A stretch of DNA of 64,000 bases from the human T2T-CHM13v2.0 reference genome, Homo sapiens, in the NCBI RefSeq assembly GCF_009914755.1, contig NC_060942.1. One strand, 5' to 3'. Made by a program: the position numbers and the translations under genes. Positions 48,343 to 64,000 of the stretch are shown here, in pieces; positions within the stretch are counted from its first letter, which is position 1, and every line of letters starts with the position of its first letter. A model generated the notes under the pieces. The model made no database searches, had not been told where the DNA came from, and worked only from the letters and a program-made list of their open reading frames with translations.

Positions 48343-48614
48343 CAGCTAATGATTTTTTTTAACATACATTTCACTCAATAATTTTGAAAAAGAAAAAGAT
48401 ACAAATGTCTGTAAACTATCATCTAATACTGTTTTAAAAGTGAGAGTATAATTATGGGACCATTTCTTTTTTAAGTTGCATCTTAACATCAACTTATGGC
48501 TGTGTTTTCTTACATAGAAACACAAAGAAACCTCTCTTGGTGATAGCAGAAGATAAAGATTTAGATTACGGCAGAATTTTGTTGTGTTTTTATGCAAAAA
48601 AATTTAAAAGTTAC

Positions 48615-48776
48615 CTTCAGAAAATCATGCAAGTGTTTAAGAACACCTATCCTGACTTCATCGAGGTCTTTTAAAAATCCATTAAAAATTGGAACCAGAT
48701 CTGCAGCTGTCAATTGATCTCCAAGAATAACTGCAAGCTCGTGGATGGAGAATGCTAGAGTTCGTCGAACTTTCCA
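48615..48776 (-). CDS. PPP4R1: PPP4R1 exon (WKVRRTLAFSIHEL...DEVRIGVLKHLHDFLK), HEAT repeats
   Basis: ctgcag|TGG...AAG|gtaact; 162 nt. Confidence 0.96.
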
Positions 48777-49082
48777 CTGCAGAAATGAAAACACATTAGT
48801 AAGCTAACCACAAAGTACGCAGTACTTTAACCATTAGGCAATATACAAAGGCTAATTTATATATGAATGTTACTAACCTCAAAAAATTAAATCAGAATAA
48901 CAGATACTAACTTTAAATGCCTAAATTATGCATCGAAAAGTGTAACAGAAACATTTTAAATCCCTGCCTAGTACGTATTATCTTCCTTTCATTTATGAGG
49001 AGAAAATGCTTAGCAATCGTGAAGTTTTTGTAGCTCTCTGAACATTGGACCCTGGCTCTGACAGTGCAAGAAGAACATGCTC

Positions 49083-49261
49083 TGTTATTACTCCTAAGCT
49101 CTTCCATACATAATTTCCTGTAGCACTAAGCACATGCTAGAACATGCCGACGTACTGAGGCTGCACATGGCTTTGTTATTACTCCTAAGCTCTTCCATAC
49201 ATAATTTCCTGTAGCACTAAGCACATGCTAGAACATGCCGACGTACTGAGGCTGCACATGG
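49083..49261. repeat. Perfect 88-bp tandem duplication (period 91), with diverged third copy at 50641-50731
   Basis: 49083-49170 = 49174-49261. Confidence 0.95.
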
Positions 49262-50815
49262 ACCAAAGGATCTCTAGCACCCTCCCCGGTTTACTGTTCC
49301 CCTTCAGATTCCTGTACAGCCAAACCTTGGATTAAGAAAAACAAAACAGAACAATAAAATTTGTTTTTAAGGAATTGGCAATTTAAGAAATATAAGACTA
49401 GGGAAATCAGCATACAGCCTTGGAAAAGAAACCCTCAACAGAAATGTGTTGCATTTATAATAATTTTAAGTTAAAAACATCCTTTTCTCCATGGTGCCTT
49501 AATCATAAAATTTTTACATAGTAACTTAAAATTTTACCTAAAGAGAAACAGTTTAGAGCAAACATTGTATTTCCTTTCCCTTCCCCCCAGAATCCACTCT
49601 TGAAATAAAATTTTACGCCCAAGTTCAACATATAAGACAGATGAAGGCAGAGATGTTCTGATGGAAGAGGGGGGCAGCAGAGAGAAGAAACTGCCCATCC
49701 AGATTCTGAGCCATCAGAGTCACCCAGGTGCCCCGAAAGATACATCCCACGGGAACCCTACAGTTCTGTAGAATAAAGACTGAAAACACGAATACACAGG
49801 ACAAAGCACTCTATGGAAATTGGGCCTTTGTGGTTCCATGACCAGATGCAGCACTTAAAAAGTATATGAACACAGATAAATTCACTTCTTCTGGGTCCTG
49901 GTTAAGGATAAATTCACTTCTCCTGGGCCCGGCTTTCCTAACCTCATAGGTCAAAGGAGGAACTTGACCTATCAAGATTACTTCCAACTTATAACTTGCT
50001 GAGTCAACAGCACTGATTCCTTGAAAAATACAATTACTAAGAAGTTTAAGGAAAAGTCATCACATTTCAGTACAAATTAGCCTAATCAGACTGCTTTTTT
50101 TTTTTTTTTTAAAATAACTGAGAGATCAACTTCACTGAAGGAACAGGTGTGTTCAAAGAGGGGCAAACTTTGTTTATACAGAAATCAGCCCTGGCAGGGG
50201 AGGTCAGGTCATCAAGCCTGGGAAGAGGTCACACAAAAGTCACAGATGTCCAGACAAAATGACGTGAAGCAAGGGTTTACCTTGTGTGTTCTGTTGAAAG
50301 GGGTTGGGGGTGGTGTGTGGGGATGAGGAGAGAGCAAGAACCACGGAACTTCTCCTGTCTGTACTGCAATGCTCAAGGCATGCAGGGCCCAGAACTTCAC
50401 ATGTGCTAGTAATACTGGAGTTCTACTACGGTTTCAACAAATATTTTCAGATCTACTGTGCAAATCAAATAAGCATTTATAATACTATTTCTAGGTGAAA
50501 AATTAAATCCTATATTCGGAACAATTAATTTACATATAAACTCTAGATAATAATACATTTTAAGTTAGGAATGTAGGCATGTTGAATGTGATAACAATTT
50601 CTAATGCTTTAGATAAAAATGAAGAAGCCAAATTGTGGGACTCTGACACTGCAAAAAGAACATGCTCTGTTATTACTCTTAAGCTCTTCCATACATAATT
50701 TCCTATAACACTAAGAACATGCTAGAACATGAACAGAAATTCTTTAGGTTACAAAAAGCAAAGCACTGTGCCTTCCACATGCACGTTCTGCTAATTCTTT
50801 AACTGCTTTACTCAC

Positions 50816-51001
50816 CTGCATGTCTGAGGCCAGAGTCTCATACGTCTCTCTCAGGCAGTGCCAATTCTGTCTTCCGAGTGTCAAGGCCACACCAGGGAGG
50901 CTATATGCACAGTGCTTAGCAATTTCAGTGTCAACCGTCTGTGCACGAGAAGGGTCAGTCATAGATAAATACTGATCTAACAACGCCTGAGGTACAACAT
51001 C
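50816..51001 (-). CDS. PPP4R1: PPP4R1 exon (DVVPQALLDQYLSM...ETLASDMQ)
   Basis: attag|GAT...CAG|gtgagt; 186 nt. Confidence 0.96.
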
Positions 51002-51409
51002 CTAATGGAGAAAGAGAAACCACAGTGACTGAGCAGCTGAGATGCATTTTGAGCAGTTTAGACATAAATTGGGCAAAATTATTTTTAAATATATAGATTT
51101 TAACATAGCATCTCAAATAGTTGAGAAAAACCAATGTCAAATGTTCAGGTATCTAATAACTAAGAGATACGAAAAACATGCTAAGGGAAACATATATGAA
51201 CAAATAAAAGCAACTCTAGGAGAACAATGAATAACATCTCAGCTCAAAGGAAAATTAGAATTAATTACTAAATTGAAAAGACATATTAAAATAACACCAG
51301 AGCCTTTTAAATGTAGGCAGAGATGACAATGTTTGTTATAACCCAGCAAATGCAGAATAACAGGTGCTCTGCGTGATTTGCAACATGTTCATTAAAAAAA
51401 CAAAAACCA

Positions 51410-52716
<1,307 letters not shown>

Positions 52717-53372
52717 TCAAAGTGAAACTACAACGAGTAGCATCTCCCACAGTGCCTTCTTACGATGGAGACCACGGGTGTGGCATGGACACTGTGCTGT
52801 GCTGCTGTGAAGGTGAAGGAGTCCTGGTGTGCTCACAGGAGAGGTCACCAGGTCAGATTGTTAGAAGAGAAAAGAAAAGAGCAAGGCAAGGCACAGCTAC
52901 CACATTTCAATGATTCCGTGAGCACAGTTTCCCTGCAGCTTGTTACTGATGGCACTTTAAAATTTTCGTATTTTTTCATATTTTCATCTCTGAAATCGAG
53001 CTGTATTTTATAATTATTGGCAATGTGAACAAGAGGAAATACCTAGGTAGGATGGGATGACCACAGCTGTCTTCAATGATAAAAAGAGGCACATGTGTAT
53101 GTTTATGTGCCCATGAAAATACATGAAGGAAGATAATAAGGTGTGTGATCGTGGTCACTCTGAATGAAGAATGGGATCACAGAGGTAGAAAAGGGAAGAT
53201 TTGTGCTTCCATGTTCCTCTCTCTACTACTTCGATTTCCTTATGGAAAATATGACACACTAGTCAATTTTTAGAACACTCATCATAAAGAAGGGGCAAAT
53301 TAGGTCAGAAATGGGCTCTAAAAGAGGAATTAGGAACACACCCACAAAAGAACACATTTTTTGGTCACTTAC

Positions 53373-53468
53373 TTGTACTTTAGTTCTCCTTTCCTCATCA
53401 GGGCTAAAACTGCTATTGTTGCTCAAGTCTGAATCGCTGTGAATATAGTGAAGAGTGGAGTCCATATT
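53373..53468 (-). CDS. PPP4R1: PPP4R1 exon (NMDSTLHYIHSDSD...RRTKVQ)
   Basis: aacag|AAT...CAA|gtaagt; 96 nt. Confidence 0.95.
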
Positions 53469-54770
53469 CTGTTAGGAAAAAATAACTACTTAAAGAGCTG
53501 TCCTGTCTGTACATCTTCATTTAAGCTATCTTACTAAGTTACTTACCTTTCAAGACTGCCAAAAGTAATAAACATATAAATTCCTCATGTTTTTAAAAGC
53601 TTATAAACATACCTAAGAACCTACCCTACTTTAAATCTAACTTGCTGAATAGGTTGTCAAGTGTACGAAAACCAATTCCAGAAAAATTAGAGTAATTAAA
53701 AACAATATTTGAAAGTAATTTTGAAATGGTCCAAACAGCTCAAATTAGCTTATTTATGAAATAGTACTGAGAGGATTCTTTTGGTCCATTGTTTTAGAGA
53801 CCATGGAGTGTCATATGCAGTTTTTCTTCTATTTCTATTCTTGGCTGTTAATATCTAATTTCACAAATTATATATATGTTAACAGCCAAAAACAGTAACA
53901 ACAACAACAACATAAACACCTTCTAAAATGCAGATATATTAATACTATTCAAATCTCCAATAAATAGTCAGGGCTTCAATCCAAAGCAGTGGTATTATAC
54001 AGATTTCTAACTATACCACATGCCATCCAACAGAAATCAAAACAGAAATGCACTAAAGCTCTAAGAACCCTCCTGCCATCCCCAGTGTGTGCAGGTACTC
54101 TTTCCTGAGCTTCTCATTCAAGCCACTATGATCTGTGACCATGCGATTCTGGCAATCGGTGGTGCATTCCTTCTCCCCATTTGTATAAACAATGGCTAAG
54201 CAGCACTGATACCAAATAATGCTGGCTTGATGGAGATGCAGCAGGAAATTAGGGAAGGATCATAGAGAACAGCTACAAGTACACAGTGAAGATGATGCTA
54301 GGATCAGTACCCACCCTCACACTCCAGAGTCCAGATAATGTCACTGGCCCTCCGCAACATGGCCTCAAGTCCCGATCTTCTGCTCAGAATACTGTGTTGC
54401 TTGCTGCAGTGAAATGGTCCGATCAGAAACAAAGCACCTCTCCAAAAAGAAAAGGGAAGAGTTAATTATTCTTGATAAAGGGCTTTGTTTCCAGTAAGAC
54501 TATTTCACTGCAGTGAGCTACATTAACATTGAGTCTACTAAATGGTCATATAGACAGAAGTGGGATTTACTTTTCCAGGCATTTCATATGACACTAATGT
54601 CACGAGGACAGGATGTGATGAAAACAATTACTTTATGCAAAACGAAGAGCTAAAAAATCAGCAACAAACAGAACATACAAACTAAAAGTGATTAGCTACA
54701 ACTATTCCCCAATGAAAGACTTCTGATTCAAACTACTCTCATTTGGTAAACACTTTACTGAGTTTGTTAC

Positions 54771-54943
54771 CTCAACAGCATCGCTGATTAAAGGCACAGA
54801 ATCTTCTTGATTTATTTTACAATTTGGTAGCTCATTTATATCCAGTTCATCTTGCAAATCACTTCTCTTTTCTATACTGATGGTCTCTTCATGTGCATCC
54901 AGGCTGGAAGCACGTAGTGCAGCGGACAGCACTTCCACTTGTG
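54771..54943 (-). CDS. PPP4R1: PPP4R1 exon (AQVEVLSAALRASS...LISDAVE)
   Basis: tgtag|CA...GAG|gtaaca; 173 nt. Confidence 0.95.
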
Positions 54944-56150
54944 CTACAGGCAAAATAAGGAAATGGACAAAGTGAGAAACACAATTGCAATATTCTTACA
55001 AGGCTGTTCTCCATTTGCACTGTACGTTATCAATGAAATATATACTTTTTTGACACTGCAATCAAAAAGCTGGAAAAAAATTTCTACTGTGGTAAATCAT
55101 TAGTCCTTCAAGAGAAAAAGTAGAAAACTAATATGCTTTCATGAGATTAAAAATGTTTATCTGCTACTGTACATTATTCTGCGTTAGTATGAAAAGAGAA
55201 ATGCTATCTAGTTGCTGGAGCTGCCTCCGGCTTATTAAAAGGAGTCAATTTCAGTAAACGTTAACTATGTTTTGGTAGTGCATGAATCAAACTGGCAAGT
55301 CTTACTTACTAAGCTATTTTAGCAGAAGAGCAGTCACACAAACCCTGCCAACATAAAACAATGGCAATTACAAAGATTCTTGTCACAGTTACATTTAAAC
55401 ATCTCATATCTTATTACTGCTTATTTTTCTCTAATTCTTTTTGAAAATGAGAATTGCATCTTCTCCCAAACACAATAATCCCAAATGAGCACTGTCTTGC
55501 TTGCAGCAAACCAAAAGGACAACTTACCAGGCAGTGGTTCAAAAATCTGGCAACTAGCATTGCCTATGTTTTGGGTTGCACCTTACTTACAAAGGTGATT
55601 CAAAATTAAGATAAGGCATTCTTCCTGCTCCCCAAATAAATCAGAAATTTAGCAAAAAATATTGCTTAGCATTTATTCCAAGTAACAATCCACTTGGATG
55701 TTCAAAATGTGAACATTTTAAATTCAAACATTTTAAACAAAACAATCAGTAACTATTTTAAGATAATCTATTATGCTGCAGCATTTATAAAATTTCTCAT
55801 CTAAGTATATTAAGTGCCTGACAACAGACACACAAGCAACATACAGGATGAGGTTCTAGTCTATTAGGTCATTACTTGCTAACTTAAGAAAACTGAACAT
55901 ATTCACTCACAAAAAGTTGTAGTGGAATATTTTCATTATCTTCAGAATTTCGGCTGCAATTTTCACCAACCCTTTTAATCACTTCAGCCACTCCCTTTTG
56001 GGATCACTCCCAAGCCAAACCAAAACAGTACTCAAAATAGACTGTACAAGAAAGAAAGGTTAAAATGTTTTGTCCCATATAAAGTGCATGGTGTGTGTGT
56101 GTGTGTGTGTGTGTGTATCATCCCCCATCCATTCTGTTCCCTGGAAAGTG

Positions 56151-59801
<3,651 letters not shown>

Positions 59802-60044
59802 TTATTTGTATTGAAGTCTCTCAATTGCAGCTAGTAAATTTACAGTACAAAGAGTATTAGATATCTTCTGAAACACAAAGTCACATCAAGAAACTTGTAT
59901 GTATGTACATGTAAGTCTTTTTAGAAAGCAATCTATGCATATTTCTTTGCATTTATTTGCTGAAAGAAAAACTTAGAGCAGTTCTTTCAATATTTCAATT
60001 AATATTTAAGTGACTAGTCTATGTCAGAGAACTAGCAGGTACTA

Positions 60045-60649
<605 letters not shown>

Positions 60650-61086
60650 TTAAACAGAAAGCTGGAAGCTGTAAAGACGTTAAACATTTATCAAAAGTTG
60701 ACTATGCTTGCTGTGAACATTCTATAGTCTTTTCCTCCCCCATGCCCGAGACAGAGTCTTGCTGTCGCCCAGGCTGCAGTGCAGTAGTGCGACAAACATT
60801 CTATAGTCTTTCCATAAAAGAATGACTGCGTGTACTGCTATCTTATAAAAAGGTAATGAGTCTCTGTGCAAAATAGTTAAGGCAGAGCCCAAACTTTAAA
60901 ACTGTAAAGCACTGTTTGAATGACTGAAACTTTCAAAGAGAGTGATTTGTCAATCAACAAATCTGTATAAATTACAGTAAGGAATGCAACGATGAGCCTA
61001 TTTTAAATAAAAAATTTCCTGAAAATCAGATTAATTGTATTTATCAAGAGAATTTAGAAATACATGATAATGATGGTTATACTACC

Positions 61087-61426
61087 TTTTTCTTTTTTTA
61101 ATAGACAGGGTCTTACTCTGTTGCCCAGGCTGGAGAACTATCAGAGCAAGCTGCTGCATGATCCTTTGACACCATTTGAACTTAGGCACAATTACAGCTC
61201 AGTGCAGCCTCAACCTCCTAAGCTCAAACGATCTCCCACCTCAGTTTCCCAAGTTGCTAGGACTACAAGCATGTGCCACCATGCCCGGCTAATTTTTTAT
61301 TTTTTTGTAGAGATGGGGTCTTACTATGTTGCCCAGACTGGTCTCAACCTCCTGGTCTCAAGTGATCCTCCTGTCTCAACCTCTCAAAGTGCTGGTATTA
61401 TAGGTATGAGTCACTGTGCCCAGTCC
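61087..61426 (-). mobile_element. AluJ-like with ~49-bp non-Alu insert
   Basis: Alu consensus interrupted at 61136-61184. Confidence 0.85.
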
Positions 61427-61532
61427 ATAATACATTATTAAATGACAATTTTTTCTGAAATGAAATTTTTTTAAGATAGACACTAATATTTTTAATCAAT
61501 TTCAGAATAAATAACTTGATTGACTTCCATAC

Positions 61533-62059
61533 CTTTAACATCTGGATCATCAATGTGGGGCTCTAGATTTTCTATCATTTCTTCCAGTTCCTTTCTGGTG
61601 GCCATGGTGATGTTTGGAGAACTGGGCACAGGGCCCTCAGATTCTTCCTCTGGTCCCTCTGGGCTGGGTTTTCCCCCAGAGTTCTGTTCAAGCTCTATGT
61701 CTAGATCTATTTCAGGAAGAGGAGTCCTCCAGAAATGGAAGGAGTTATACAATTCCTGATCTAAGAGAGCTGAATCTTGTGAAGTGGTGCCAACCTCTGG
61801 TCGTAACATAGATTTGTAGTTACCAGGTTTTTTATCATTCTCATTACTAGCTGCTTCCTGGTGAGATTCTGAGGACAAAGTACAAAGTAAAGAGCTGTCC
61901 AGTGGAACACTAATTTCACCTAGAGGCTTCCCGGATGCCTCAGCAGCATGGTCTTCCATCGTGTTTTCCAGTATGACACTGGAATTACTAACACTGAGAT
62001 CTGAAGGAGTATCCTCTGGCCTGACTTGTACATCCTCTGGGGCTTCTTGATCTCTGGTC
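61533..62059 (-). CDS. PPP4R1: PPP4R1 large central exon (RTRDQEAPEDVQ...ELYNSFHFWRTPLPEI...DDPDVK), acidic linker
   Basis: Open frame over 527 nt; donor AAAG|gtatgg; acceptor aaaag|G inferred from frame and recalled protein; upstream exons lie beyond window. Confidence 0.92.
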
Positions 62060-62769
62060 CTTTTATTGTTTTATTTGGTGGGAAAAAAACAATATGAAAG
62101 GATAATTACTTTAAAAAAACTGATGAAAGATATTACATATAGCATTTAGACAAGTTAAACATTAAAAATTACGGATTATCTGTACAAACTGAGTTTATGT
62201 ATATTATTTATAATGCTTCTTTCTCCATCAGCTGTTCTGTGTTCAAAGATGTAAATACCTGTTAAGTATAAGTCTAGATAGTCAAGCAATATATATTAGT
62301 TAGAGAAGGTAACATTTAAGAATCCTGGGATTCTATAACACCATGCTAATTTCAATAATAAATAACTAAAGAAAAGTAGTGGAAACAGAAATTCCTACAA
62401 TCATTTTAAGATACATAACAACATTTAAATTATTTTATTTTTAGGGTTATTTGTATTACCTCTCTACTCCAACGACATATTGCAAAGCTGAGACCTAAAG
62501 CCTATTTGCTTACATTACACAAGGAAAATAAAATAAAAACAATTTTAAGATAGTAGTAGGAAAGATACTTATTTGCTATCTCACAAAATATATTAAAATC
62601 TGCTTGAGTGTAAATATTACTTCTGTTTCTTCTAAAATATTCATCTCTACTCCCCAAGGTTTTCCTAAAATGAGGACATAATTTAATTGATAAGGACAGA
62701 TGGTACAAATTCATTAAAGTCCACTGATTACTGCCATCTATTATCTGAAGTACGACTGTAAGTGTTATT

Positions 62770-63960
62770 ATTTGATTCAATTAAATTTAACAGGCATTTA
62801 TTGAGCACCTACTAAGAGCCAGGAAATGAAATCAGTATTGAGGATTCAAATGTGAATGAGATGCAGCTCTTGATCTTGAGATTACAATTAGAGGCAAACA
62901 GAAAAAATGAAGATATATCAGCAAATTGCTGCTAGACAGGGTGGTAAGCACAGATGCAAGCACACTGAACACAGGAGGAGATGGGAGTGAAGATTAAAAG
63001 GCCTTCAAGGAAATGACATGAGTTGTGCTTAGAAGAACCAATACATGTTTATGGGGCTAAGGGGAAGAAAAAAGCATCTAAAGGAGAAACAGGACATGCA
63101 AAGGCCGGAGTGGCAGAAAAGGTGTGACGCATTCAGGAATCAGCAATGAGGAAATGATGGATGACAAGGATGAAAGATATCACATGAACCACTGTATTCC
63201 AGACCAGCAGACCTCCGGAGTTCATCCTGGACTACAGGAAATCATGTAGTAAGGAAATTGTTAATAGATCTGTTGTTTTAGAAAGACCATTCTGGAGGAA
63301 GTGTAGAAAATGAGTTGAGAGGTAAGATAGGAGGCAGGAATTACAGACATGCAGCTAAGAAGTGATGATGTTCTGATGGAGGCAGTGTCTCCAGGACTAC
63401 AGAAGAACACATTCAAACAGCAGCAAAAATCAACAGGACTTTTCCACTTATTGCATGCTGCAGGTAACAAAAACAGTTTCACAAGAAAGCTAACAGGTTC
63501 AGGTTGAAAGAGGTTGAGTTAGCTATCCACGTTGGGTTCTAGGTGGTGATTATCTATGAGAAAGAGGTAAAGACTGAGACAGAGGTGGAGGTCATCAACT
63601 CAGAAAGATGTGTGGGGCTGACATATGCGGAGGCAACAAGTATTAATAAAGAATAACACAACTGCATAGAATAACAAAGAGTGAAGGCATTTTTCCTGTA
63701 TAAAAGAATGATGAGCATATTTTTAGGCTGAGGAAAATAGGTTAGAAGAGATGAAAGAACTGGAGACACAGAGATTGATGAAATAACTGATAAAGCAATG
63801 TCTTTCTGAGAAGAGGAAAGAATATGGGCTTCAAAAACACAGCAAAACAGATTAAACAGTGAAGAGACTTGCTTCCCAAGAAACATGAAAGGGAAATAAG
63901 GATGGCTGAATATGTAGGTAAATTTGTAAGATGAATACAGGAAAAAGCATCTGTGTGCCT
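62770..63960 (-). mobile_element. L2 remnant
   Basis: tttaacaggcatttattgagcacctacta...ttttagaaagaccattctgg purine-rich L2 3' region. Confidence 0.8.
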
Positions 63961-64000
63961 TTAAATACACACAATAAAAGATGTTTAACAGGAGACTTAA

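Noticed and set aside
49056-49261. Repeat unit as CRISPR array or intronic snoRNA cluster
   Set aside because: No unique spacers; eukaryotic context; no convincing C/D or H/ACA box layout seen
61520-61811. Plus-strand ORFs over the large PPP4R1 exon (likewise 13767-14195, 27101-27388 over RALBP1)
   Set aside because: Antisense shadows of real coding exons

Overview
Primate (by all appearances human) genomic DNA holding two convergent spliced genes. On the + strand are all nine coding exons of RALBP1 (RLIP76). They join in frame to 1968 nt = 655 aa + stop, with a RhoGAP domain, Ral-binding helices and a C-terminal coiled coil, followed by a ~2.1 kb 3'UTR; the promoter and non-coding first exon lie upstream of the window. 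On the - strand are the last ten coding exons and 3'UTR of PPP4R1 (HEAT-repeat regulatory subunit of protein phosphatase 4). From memory this pair lies at human 18p11.22. The rest is repeat-rich intron or intergenic DNA: >35 Alus, L1/L2/MIR remnants, two solo LTRs (MER9, MER57-like), a full-length Tigger1 split by five Alus, and small DNA transposons. I found no foreign insert or new gene family. The leads most worth testing are: (i) an Alu-bracketed, phase-0, 294-nt exon pair whose back-spliced circle would be a stop-free ORF of the Ral-binding domain; (ii) a triplicated ~90 bp PPP4R1 intronic unit carrying a p53-type response element; (iii) a strong-Kozak minimal uORF in RALBP1; (iv) a competing poison acceptor before a GAP-domain exon; (v) an apparent Asn at RALBP1 residue 338 where I recall Lys. 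Repeat family names are recognised by eye and repeat boundaries are approximate.
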